Below are positions 12,263 through 24,100 of a stretch of 64,000 bases of DNA, one piece after another. The stretch is from Callorhinchus milii (taxonomy: Eukaryota): assembly GCF_018977255.1 (NCBI RefSeq), contig NW_024704742.1:13208001-13272000 (forward strand), read 5' to 3'. Positions within the stretch are counted from its first letter, which is position 1. Each line of letters opens with the position of its first letter. A program made the position numbers and the translations under genes. The notes under the pieces are model-generated. The model did not search any database. It was given only the letters and a program-made list of their open reading frames with translations, and was not told the origin of the DNA.

Positions 12263-15200
12263 ATGGAAAGTGATTCTAAGCATTTTTTAGCAAACCTTAG
12301 AAAATGCGTTTTGAACTTCCAGGTGACCTCTTTTGGTGCAACTAGAGAAATTAAAGAGCCAGGCTATATGCCAACATTTAAAGTGCAAGGTCAAGTGCAT
12401 CACTTATCAGGATCTCTAAACGCTTTGCCTAATGAGTCACCAAAATTCTTACAGATCTACTTCACGATGAACTGAGAAGACGAACAAGCCACACAGTATG
12501 GAAGCAATGTTCTGGGGTTGAACAAAGCCCTCATAATAGATCTACAAGACATACTTCACAACAGTAACACATACATCAGGAGCTTCAAGATCATTCTGAG
12601 TACAAAAGACCTCTGCCATCAATTCATCGTAGACACATATGCCAAGGTCAAAGCTGAGAGACTCCTTTTTTTCAGCTAGAACCAGAAGAAACTCAGGGCT
12701 GAGGAGTTTTAAATGATGGTGCCGCCAGCAACGTAGGTCAACTGGTCATCTTGCCATCCAGTTTCCCTCAGGGGTGGTGGGGGAGTGGCTACAGTTTTTG
12801 CAGATAGAACCCAGGATGCATTGTGCTATGTGCGAGCATACAGTCAATCTGACCTGTTCATCACATTCACCTGCAACTATAATTGGGAAGAGATCAAGCA
12901 GGAACTTTGCCTAGACAGAAGCCACAGGAATGCCATGATCTCATAGCCAGGATTTTCAACCTCAAAGTTCCTAAACTGATGGAGTTTAGCACCAAATATC
13001 AAGTCTTTGGAAAACTCTGTTGCTACCTCTACACCATTGAGTGGCAACAGTGTGGTCTTCCCTATGCATACATTCTTCTGTGGCTCATCGAAAAAATACG
13101 CCCCAACCAAATCGGCAATGTCATCTCGGCAGAACTGCCAAATCCAGACTGAGACCCTGTATTCTTTGAAATCATAAAGAAACACATGGCCCATGTGGAT
13201 AATTCAACAGAAAATTTCCCTTATGAAAGATGAGTCCTGCTCAAAGCAATATCCAAGGAGCTTCATACAGGAGCCACAAACAGGTCATGATGGGTATCTT
13301 ATGTAAAGGTGGAAGTCAACTGGAGTTGGTGGATTCCATGCAGTACTGACAAACAACAAACAGCAGATAAAAGTGGGCTCTTCAACGCTCACATCAATGT
13401 TGAGTTTTGGAACTCTGTTAAGAGCACCAACTATGTGTGCAAATAACAAGGGATGCGACATGGCTGAGTTTGGACTTGAGAGAGAAGAACCCCGAAGAGA
13501 CAAGGTAACATTCTACCAGATGGGCCAATATGTGAGCACCAATGAAGCAATCCGGAGAACTTTGGGCTTCCACATACATGATCGACACATCCAAAAAACA
13601 AACAAAAATATTCGGTCACTCAACACTTTCAGGCTCACCTTGAAAATGGCAAAAGGGTGTTTTTTACAGAAGTGAATGTTCCTGAAGTGAATGTTCCTGA
13701 ACATTCACTTGAACCTCCCAAAAGCCACGCAAACTGCATTCTTCCAACTGTGCCAACAAGACGAGTTTGCAAGAATTCTTCTCTACTATGAAGCCCCAGA
13801 GTATTTCACATGGAACTCCCAGACCAAGAAGTGGAAGAGAAGATTTTGAGGTATTCCTGTTGAAAGGTATTCCGGTGTCAAGTCCAGTGACGCGCTCGGC
13901 AGGGTGTACACAGTGCATCCAAACAACTTTGAATGCTACTTCCTAAGGCTTTCGCTGCACACAGTGAGAGGCCCAACAAACTATAAGGATCTCACAACTG
14001 TTGATGACAAAGTCTTTGATACCTTCCGAGAAACATGCTACTGCAACAACAACAAAATTACTTTTGCATAGTGCCTTTCACATCGGGAGGACGTCCCAAA
14101 GCGCTGGATAATCAGGGATCCTCACCCGAGCTGGTGGTTGGAATCAGGAGGGGTGGAGTGCGGGGAGGGTAGGGGTAGAAGGGTGACTGAAGGCACAGTC
14201 GAAGAAGAAGGTGCAAGGGAGGGGCAAAGCGGAGGGAATGTGGGATAGAGTTCCAGAAAATGGGGGCAGGGAAGCTGAAGGACCGTCCTCCAATGGTTGG
14301 GCGGGCAAGGCGGGGGACACTGATTCCATCCTGCATTTAGTATCTCATCAAAATGGTAATTTGTTACATGTGAGCCACAGGGGTCTCCTAGAAGACAATG
14401 CCCACTGGAACCAGACATTAGAAGAAGTAGCCACAACATGGTCTACTATCAGACAGATGGATTTGTTTGCCATCATGCTGCATACCTGTGGTCTATTTAA
14501 TCCAACACGGCTGCGGAATAATCACAAAGAACGCATGTCAAGAGACGTATTCCTTCAGCAATGCAGTGCAAATCCACAAACTTAGAAGACAAGCTAACAG
14601 CGTTGGGGGAAAAGGCACACTATGGTCTGCCCTGTACTCACAGAACAGAAGATGTCACCTTGCCCAAAGAAATTTGCCAGGAACTCAACTATAACTAAGA
14701 TGAAATGTAGCACTTTGTCCAGGAGAGAGAATCGACCATGACAGATTAAGCTGCAACGTATCACAATATCCTTCATAACATTGACCATGATGAAGGAGGC
14801 ATTTATCTTTCTTGATGCACCTGGTGGTATAGGAAGAACATACCTCATTAATCTCATCTTGGCCAACATTTGGTCCAGGGGCCAAATTGCACTTGCTGTT
14901 GCATCCTCTGGTATTGCAGCAACTCTACTCACAGGGTAGCAGAATAGTCTATTCTGCCTTCAAGCTGCCACTCAACCTTTCTCATACAGAGAAGCCAGTG
15001 TGCAATATCAAGAAGAGTACAGCTGCAGCCATATTGATCAAGGACTGTAAAACTATTGTGTGGGATGAATGCACCATGTCGCATAAGCAGGTCTTTGAGC
15101 CTCTGAACAGGACACTTCAGGACATCAGGGAAAACTCCCAGACGATGGGAGGGATGATGTCCGCCAGCCACTACCTGTCAATACAACTTGGTATCTATAC

Positions 15201-15945
15201 TGATGAACTTAATGCCAGTCTTAAGGGTTCCAGGCTGTGGGCATGTGTGGAGAAGATGAACCTCAGGATGAATATGCGAGTCCATCTTCATGACAATTCT
15301 GCAGCTGGGGCATATGCCAACTTCCTTCTGGAAATTGGGGACGGCAAAATTCCAGTGGATCCAACGGATGGCCAAATTAGAATCCCCCAAGGTTGTGGGA
15401 CCGTTGTACAAGATATAGCAGAGCTCAAAACTAAAGTCTTCCCAAACCTCAGCCATAAATACACAAATCATAAGTGGTTGTGTGAACAAAGAATCCTTGC
15501 TCCAAAAAATTAGTCTGTCGGCGAGATCAATTTCCAGCTACTCAATGACATCCCTGGCCAAGAAACTGTGTACAAGTCCAAAGCTACTGTTCCTGATATC
15601 GAAAATGCTGTCAACTACCCAACTGAGATTTTAAACTCTTTAGAACCATCTGGTATGCCTCTACACAAACTCATATTAAAGCTTGGATGCATAATCATGC
15701 TGCTGAGCAATCTAGAAGCAAATTTCTCTGGGCAAGGTGACATCTATGCAATGGTAAAAAGGTAAAGTTGGTGGTAAAGCAATTGATGCCACATGTTATA
15801 GAACCAACTATTCTGACTGGTCAGTTCAAAGGGGAAGATGTATTCATTCCTCACATCAACTGCTCCCAAGTCACTGCCTGATTGAGTTCAAAAGGCTCCA
15901 ATTCCCTATTCAAATGTGCTTTGCCATGTCAATTAACAGGGCATA
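12263..15945 (+). mobile_element. Helitron Rep-helicase pseudogene
   Basis: TSFGA...MPTFKVQGQVHH..GSL...FLQIYF; Rep motif 1 SDLFITFTCN (~12850); motif 2 IEWQQCGLPYAYILLW (HUH degraded to YAY); PIF1 helicase FLDAPGGIGRTY, IVWDECTMS, ILAPKN, QFPIQMCFAMSIN; many stops and frameshifts. Confidence 0.93.
14044..14323 (-). mobile_element. L2 3' fragment inserted in the Helitron
   Basis: Tail caacaacaaaattac...catcgggaggacgtcccaaagcgctg; ARPTIGGRSFS. Confidence 0.85.
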
Positions 15946-16310
15946 GTGGTGTGTCAATTTCCATTCCACGTTTGGATCCTTTGGTTGCAAGCGAAGCTGC
16001 AATGGGTACAATATATAGAATGAAATTTTTGGATCCATCACAAATCTCTAGGGGACACCAGTTGTCACCTCACCAATGAGAGAATTTTGTTCTAGAGTTC
16101 TGCCTTCTTTTTCTTAAACTAATTTCCTATCCCTACCACCATGATGGAATCTCCAATTCCATAAACTTTAATTTTAGCTTGTGTGTTTTGCCATATTGTC
16201 ATGATGTGTTTACTGGAATACCAATGAACCCACTGTTGTTTTCCCTGCTCCATATGTCCCAGTCTGTGTGTAATATTGGATATCTCTGACTGAAGTTTTG
16301 TAGGTTAATA

Positions 16311-16700
16311 GTAATAATAATAATTCTTGCATTTGATATAGCACCTTATCACGTCTTCGAGACATTTCAAAGCACTTCAAAGAATATATTGTAAAGCGAA
16401 TCAACTGTACATGTTGTGGGCAAAACATGGCAACGAATTGCATAGAGCAGTAGTGTCCCAGAAATAGTCGTGGATTCAAGTGACCAATTTATTATTATTA
16501 TTATTTTTTTTGAAGGAATTATTACCCCTGGAAAAGCGATCTGTCAATTGTCTAACAAACTGGGTTCCTACTTACTACTAGCTAGATAGAGGCGTTTGGA
16601 GTAAGGATACTTGCCCAACATTTCGCCCTGCCAGGAATTGAACCCAAGTCTCTCGCTTGCAAAGTGAGTGCTCTAACCACTAAGCCACAGAACTTCACAA
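16311..16700 (-). mobile_element. tRNA-derived SINE, older copy
   Basis: (aat)n tail to tRNA-like head, homologous to 3194-3534. Confidence 0.85.
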
Positions 16701-16754
16701 TCCCACCCTATGGCAATAGAACCGAGTTAATGGCCAGGTTCAATGTTTACCTGG

Positions 16755-18530
16755 TGATTCTCACTGCGAGAAAATGCTGGACTTCCTCGAGTCCAAAATC
16801 GAGCGAATCCGCTCAGCTGCCACTGCCCTCCCAACTTCCACCCCCTCCCTACCCCCACCCCACACAATTACCCATCTGACAATTACCCATCCCTTCTTCC
16901 ACACCTTTGAACCTGTCACCCCCTCCTCTGTCTTCACCACCGTAACCTTCATGAAGCCCACCACCTACTCCCTGGACCCCATCTCCACCCCTCTCCTTAA
17001 ATCCCAGCTCCACTTCTTGCCCTACTCGCTGACATCATTAACACTCCCTGTCATTTGGCACTGTTCCTTCCCCCCTCAAAACAGCCATTATAACCCCCAT
17101 CTTGAAGAAATCTTCCCTTGACCCATCACAGCTACCTAGCTACTGGCCCATCTCAAACCTCCCTTTTCTGTCTAAGGTCCTTGAGAGAGCCATTGTCTCC
17201 CAACTTCGTTCTTTCCTCTCCTCCCACTCCCTCCATGAACCCCTCCAATTAGGTTTCTGTCCTGCCCACAGGACGGAAACTGCTTTGGTCAAGGTCACAA
17301 ACAACATCCTGACCATGTGTGACCAGGGCTCCCTCTGCCTCCTCGACCTCTCCGCCGACTTTGACACCATGGACCACTCAATCCTCCTCCACCGCCTCTC
17401 CTCCCAACTCAACCTTCAAGGTTCTGTCCTTCACTAGTTCAGGTCCTACCTTTCACCGCCTCCACTTGGTCACAGCCAATGGCTTCTCCTCCAGCCCCCG
17501 CACCGTCTCTCATGCGGTGTTCCTCAGGGCTCTATCCTCGGTCCCCTCCTCTTCACCCTCTACACGCTCCCTTGGTGACAACATCTGCAGACATGGGGTA
17601 AATTTCCACATGTATGGGGATGACACCCAACTCTACCTCTCTGCCTCCACCCTGAACTCCAGGACCACTGGCATCCTGACCGATGCCTGTCTAACATCAA
17701 GTCCTGGATGAGGGCCAACTTTCCCCAACTCAACGTCAGCAAGACTGAGGCCCTCCTGATTGGCTCACGCCAGCGCCTCCGCACCTCAGGCGCTGGCAGC
17801 ATCAGCCTCCACAGCTGCACACTCAACCTCACTAAGCCAGTCAGGAACCTGTGTGTCTTGTTTGACCCTGAACTGTCATTTCTCCCCCACATCCGCGCCA
17901 TGACCAGCACTGCCTACCACCATCTCCACAGTATTGCCCGACTCTGCCTCACTCCTCAGGCTGCCGAAACCCTCACCCACGCATCCTCATCAGCCTTCCC
18001 AACTCTTCCCTTCACAAGCTGCAGATCATCCAAAACTCTGCAGCCTGTGTACTCTCACGCACCAGCCTCTGCGACACCATCACTCCCACCCTCGCCCAAC
18101 TCCACTGGCTCCCCATCCCCCAGAGGATCAAGTTCAAGATCCTCGTCCTCACCTTTAAGGCCATCCATGGCCTCGCCCCCTCCTACCTCTCTGACTCCCT
18201 ACCAACCTGCCCGTTCCCTCCGTTCAGTGGGCTCCGGCCTGCTCCATGTCTCCCGCCCGACCCGCCCTACCATCGGTGGCCGGGCTTTCAGCCTCTCTGG
18301 TACTCCATCATATGGTCCCTTCGCCTCGCTTCCTCCCTTGCCTCCTTCAAGGCCGGTCTCAAGACCCTTCTCTTCGATTGTGCTTTTAGTTGCCTTCCCA
18401 CCTCTGCCTTCCCTCCCCTCTACCCCACCCCTCCCCCATACTCGGACCCCGACACCTGACTGTTCAGTGCTTTGGGACGTCCTCCCGACGTGAAAGACGC
18501 TCTATAAATGTCATTTTGTTGTTTGTTGTG
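16755..18530 (+). mobile_element. L2 LINE (5'-truncated, decayed)
   Basis: [63 protein letters not shown]2 tail at 18465-18530. Confidence 0.92.
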
Positions 18531-19929
18531 TTTTCTTGACCTCTTTTGGACTTTCTCTTATTCCTTTTTCTTATCCTCAACTGGACTTTGATTTTTCGCT
18601 TAAAAGTACACACTACATTATTGTGATGCTTCAGCAGATTAGCAGCTGATTACAGCAACATTTTACCTAAATGTAATATTACAGTGCTTGAAGTTGATAT
18701 AACACCTTATCAGACTCCACAGGATATACTGAGCTGTAAAGTGGTATCACTGTGTACTTTGTGGGTGTAGGCTGATGTAGGACAGACTCTTGAGGAATCA
18801 TCAGAAATGTTGCTGCATTTTAATCCATTTGAAAGCATATTGTTAAGAAACCCACATGTAGAATACATTTATCATACTAACAGAGGTAACTGAAGCCTTA
18901 TTTGCATAACAATGAAAAAGATTCTACCCATAAATTTCAAACACGAGAAATACTTTCTATTCAAGATAAGATTTGTAGCATTTTTTGAACTTTGTACATT
19001 AGCTTCATAGACCCTAAATGAAACAGCCTCACACCATTCTGCTTTTTATTTCATTGTATGTGCAGAAAAATGAAATAGTAAGGTTGCAGGTCAGTACCAG
19101 AATCAAAACATTTTTATCTGTTGCAACTACTGTACAACCCAAAACAATTGCTGACTGTACTGGTGAAATTAAGCTTAACATTACAACGGGCTGAATCATG
19201 AAATGTTTCATTACCTTTTTGTGGATGCAAATATTTATTCACTTCTTGCGCATTTTGATTGGCCTCTAGAACTGTTGGCCTGCTAATGGAATATAGAAGA
19301 ATGTGCAACCATTAATAGCTCATAATGTTAACATCTGAAAAGGCACAAGTTAAGTGAACTCAACCCTAATTAGGGCATCCATCATTATTACTACTAGAAT
19401 CTACCCGCACAGAAAATAGCTATTACTGCACTGGAGTAAAAGAATCGTTCTATTCACTCAAGATACAATCACTTCAAAGAAGTGTTCAAATAATAACTTA
19501 GAATTCATAGCTCCAATAGTTTTGTTAATGTCAATATCGATCTTTCATATCTGGGAATCACAATTTGCATCCAATTCTCCTCAATGAAGCTTGGTACAAG
19601 TTCCGATATGAAAGGTGCTAAACAAATGTAATTTGTTGTTTCTAATATTTAACAAACATTTAATAAAGCAAAAGTCTGAGCATTTTCTAAGTTTATTCTT
19701 TTCTTACCAAAAAGAATCTACAGGGAATCTACACTCAATCATATAGGTTTTAAAATGTTGATTTTATTGCAAGACCGGTAAGGTCAAGGTGACCTCACAA
19801 TGGAACACAAAACAAAATCTTAGAACAATTGCTCCCAAATTACATTCACAAGTTTTGTTTCTCTCCAAACCACTGACGTACACAAACACTTCTGAGATCT
19901 TTTCAGCACGGGACAATGAATTAAAAATC

Positions 19930-20977
19930 AAAATAGGAACCTATCATTGTTTATTAAAAATGAAATAAGAAAATGCAAAGATTACAACTTCAACACTTCT
20001 GAAAACCATAATGAAAACATAAAAGCCAAACATCAAAAAATATGCATTTCAATAATGAGGAAATCCAAATCATTAGAAACTAATGAAAATAAACCACCCA
20101 TATTTTCACATATGCAAATAATCTTAATAGCACAGGACATCTTATATGAATGGACAAAATCTGAATGAAACCTACATTACACCAGAAAGTATAAAGATGA
20201 GTATCACTTTCAACACTACTCCTTAGGTAATAAAAATAATAATGCAACACACACTGGAAGTATTTTGTTTTCTCATTTATTTTGTACAAAAGATTTGCAA
20301 TTAAAGGTAATGTAACAATTTCTACCATAAACGTTTAATAAATCTGTCAGGCCACAGCGTGTGTTTATTTTTTAGGGAGAAAATAATGACAAACTTTAGC
20401 ATTGATTAAATGCTATTAAGCAAGGGATTTTGTTTTCTTAAAAAAGTTAAAACTGGATTGAAATAGTGTCCTTTGAATATTGCTTTCATCATTAACACTG
20501 AAAAAATTTCAAATCTATATGAAGGACTTTTTTTTAAAAAAAGTTACTTGCTACAATGTCACACAATTAGCCCGTTATATTTAACTTGCATACTTATTAG
20601 CAGCAGTATTTTCCTCATGAATCCATGTGCAACTACATACAAAGTCTACGGCCAGTGCAGGTTTGTTCCTCACAGCTTTCAACAGAATGGAGGGTAAAGT
20701 ATTTTTGATTAGACATTCCATTTATAAGTGACATTTCTAAACGCATCAGGGAACCCTCACTACGCCCTTTTCCCCCACAAAAAACATCCCTCTACAAAAA
20801 TCTGTGCTTCTGGTTCCAAATTCAATCCATCTAGTCAGCCCTACATGCACGAAAACGATAGATGTACAAGGGTTCCAATATGTAATTTAACTTAAAAAAA
20901 TAAAAATAAAAAGGAACAGTTCTAAACACTTTTCCACTACTGTAAACACAAAAAATGACAGTGCTTCAGCAAAGGAG
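19930..20977 (-). other. YTHDC1: YTHDC1 3' UTR (approximate), with candidate AATAAA signals at 20364-20369, 20276-20281 and 19950-19955
   Basis: TE-free, U-rich sense sequence after the stop; minus-strand AATAAA hexamers; the true 3' end cannot be determined from sequence. Confidence 0.6.
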
Positions 20978-21193
20978 TTATCTCCGATATCTTCCTCGTT
21001 CTTTTTCTCGTTCTCTCTCCCTCATCCTTTCCCTTTCTCGTTCTCGCTCCCTGGCCCGGTCACGTTCTCTGTCTCGCCGGCTATCACGAGGTCGCTCGCG
21101 CTCTCGCTCCCTTTCCCGAGGTCTGCTTCGTCGATTGGTGACAACTGCCTGAGTACGGCGAAGAAAGTCATCTACTCTCATGTCATAGTCATG
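20978..21193 (-). CDS. YTHDC1: YTHDC1 last coding exon ([18 protein letters not shown]...ERGRYRR*)
   Basis: Acceptor caacag|CAT; stop TAA at 20980-20978; RE/RD repeat tail. Confidence 0.96.
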   Translation of the reverse strand, partial: HDYDMRVDDFLRRTQAVVTNRRSRPRERERERERPRDSRRDRERDRARERERERERMREREREKERGRYRR

Positions 21194-24100
21194 CTGTTGG
21201 AATATATATAAAAAAAGTAAAAGGTGAAATTGTTCATTTCCCAGAATCACAGCCAGATCAGAATGTAAAAAAGGCCCTTTACAATACAAATTTAGATTTA
21301 TATAGCACCTTTCACATCAGGACATTCCCAGGCACCAGCCACAGTCCAGGGTTTAACCTGAGCAGGGGGTGGGGAATAAGGAGCTGGTGTAAGCGAGGTG
21401 CTTGAAACCACAGTCGAAGGTCTTGAGGCAGACCTTGAAGAAGGCAAGAGAAGGGGCAGTTGAAGGGACTCTGGGATGAAGTTCAAGAGCACAGGGACAG
21501 ATATGCCAAAAGCCCCCTTGCCGGTGGTGGAGCAGGGGGTATGAACTAGGCCAGTACCCGCTGAATGGAAGGAGCACACGTTGGAAGGGTTTGAGGAAGT
21601 TGTGGAGGCAAAGCTCTATCTATATCCTTCAGCTTGTGAAGGGAAGAAGAGTTGGGTAATCCGATGAACAGAGTTGGTGTAATCTAACCTGGAACTGATA
21701 AATGCGTGGATTAGGGTGTCAGCGGTCTAAAGGGAGAAGTAATGGCAGAGGTTGGAACACTCTTCCTCTATCCCTCTGCCTTGCCCCTCCTTTCCCATTT
21801 TCAGGTCGCGCCTTCCTATTCGACCGTACCTAGTCACCTCCCCCCACCCCCCACGGCTCAGCATCGTGCTCTGCCACTGTCAAGCTCTCTGGGACATTAC
21901 CCTGTGTGAGGGGCGCTGTATAAATGCAAGTTGTTGTTGTTAAAAGTGGGGGAAAGCTGAGCAGGTCAGAGAATGAAAGTGAAGTTTAAGGAACATCTGA
22001 GAGTCATATAAGACACCATAGTTCTATAGTGGAGTGCGCGTCCAAGTTGCTTGATGCTGTCAACGTCTGAGATTAGAAGACGTTGACAGGAACCAAGCTG
22101 TAGAGCCTCTGTCTTGTCAACATTCAAATGGAGAAGGTTTGAGTTCATTCCGGACTTGACAGTAGGACAGACAGTCAGTCAGAAAAGCAGTGGTCCTGGA
22201 AGCCAGGTGGAAGCCGAGATAGAGTTGGGTGCTATCCACATATATGTTGAAATTACTCCACTTCTACCAGACATCACCTAGCTGGAGCATGTAGATAGTA
22301 AAAAGGAAAGGACCAAGGAGAGAGCCTTGAGAAATGCCGCATGTGACAGTGCAGGGGCGGGAAAAGATGTGCAAAGAGAAAGTGGAGACACTGGGATAGG
22401 TCAAGTGAAACCAGGAGAGGTCAGAACCCTGAAGGTGGAGCTAAGAGGAGTGGCGTGGAGAATGATAGCCTGATCAACAGGGTCAAAAGCAGCAGAGATC
22501 AAGAAGACCTAATGACATTATTTCTATTTGTGGAGTCCTGTAGCTCAGTGGTTAGAGCACTCGCTTTGCAAGTGAGAGACCTGAGTTCAATTCCAGGCAG
22601 AGGGCGAAACCTTGGGCAAGTTTCCTTACTCCACACAGAGCCTAATAATAATCCCTCCAAAAAAAAAAAAAACAATAATTAAATTGGTCATTTTCAATCT
22701 AAGACTGTTTGTGGGACATTGCTGTGCGCAATTGGCTGCCGCGTTCGCCCACAAATATACAGTCAATTCACTTTACAGTGTGTTCTGTGAAGCGCTTTGG
22801 GACGTCCTCCCGACGTGAAAAGCGCTATATCAAATGCAAGGATTATTATTATTATTATTATTATTTGAGATCAGGCTCTCTCAAGAGAAAGCCCTGGTCA
22901 CATATGGAGATAGTCATTGGTGACTTTGACCAGGGCAGTCTCTGTACTGTGGAGGAGCAAAGGGATTTGCGTATCCACGTACACAAATCACTAAAAACAA
23001 GCTCACAGGTACAAATTGGTATAAGTTATCAAAATTACTAATGGGATGTTGGCCTTTATTTCAAACAGGCTAGAATATTCAACTATATAGAGCCTTGGTC
23101 AGACCCATCGGCAATACTAAGTTCAGTTTTGGGCACCGCACCTTAGGAAAAATATATTGGCTCTGGAGGGATTACAGCGCAGATACGGGGGTTTAAAAGG
23201 TTAAATTATGAGGACGGTTCCATAAACTTGGGTCTCTATACCTTTGAGTTGTTGAAGCTTGAGGGGTGATCTGATTGAGGTTTTTAAAATAATGAAGGGA
23301 TTTGATAGGGTAGATACAGAGAAACTATTTCCTCTGGTGGGGAATCCAGAACAAAGGGGCATCGTCTTAAAATTAGACCTAGGCCATTTAGGAGTGAAAT
23401 TAGGAGGCAGGTTTTCATCCAAAGGGAAGTAGAAATCTGGAATTCTCTTCCCCAAATGGCTCTGAATGCTGGACCCATCCAGACTGAGGTGAATAGATAT
23501 TTGTTAGGTCAGGGTATTAAGGGCGGGTAATACAGAGCAGCCATTATCTTACAGAATGGCTTGAGGGGCTGAATGGCCTACTACTCCTGTTTCTATGTTT
23601 CCATGTACTGTGGGCAGCACAGAAACTAGATTGGAAGGGTTCATACAGGGGATGAAAAAAGTGAAGCTGGGAAGTGACAAGCCATTCCAGTATCTTTGAA
23701 TGAAATGGTTGGAGATGGGATGGTAGTTAAAGACAAGGGTCAAGTAAATCTCAAAGAGAGGTTTGTGATGATTTAACAGGGATCAATGAGCTGGGAGAGA
23801 TGGTCAGGAGAGTATTTGGTGGGTTCCCATGGGAGATGAGGGAGGAGAGGAATGGAGAGACCGGGTTGAAAACATGGAGGGAGGGATGGGAAGATGGCAG
23901 AAGGTGGGAGGTACATACCACTCGCTTGTCTCTGTATCTGGCTTCATGTGGGACCGGATGGTGTCCAGAATACGGTGGGTGAGCCTGAGGTGGTGGAGGA
24001 TGATGTTGATAATAAGGATGATGTGGAGTCTGCTCCATACCAGGATAAGGTGGCTGTAAATTGCAAACAAATTTAGATCAAACTTAAGATAAATGCTCCC

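Larger units (their letters stand above)
21290..23910 (-). mobile_element. Old L2 LINE filling YTHDC1 intron 16, with nested L2 3' end (~21755-21941, +), SINE and CR1
   Basis: [18 protein letters not shown]-like remnants, L2 tail at 21290-21330. Confidence 0.75.

Noticed and set aside
14887..15513. Host PIF1 helicase gene
   Set aside because: Intronless, disrupted, and contiguous with Helitron Rep motifs.
17708..18493. Longest ORF in the window (261 aa)
   Set aside because: Frameshifted L2 ORF2 and 3' UTR, mostly off-frame Pro/Ser-rich translation.
18530..18605. Lys/Arg-rich minus-strand stretch after a tttaag, a possible extra exon
   Set aside because: Weak acceptor, no donor or homology recognised, and it runs into an L2 tail.
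20955..21152. Plus-strand RS-rich ORF resembling an SR protein
   Set aside because: Antisense shadow of the RE-repeat in the last YTHDC1 exon.
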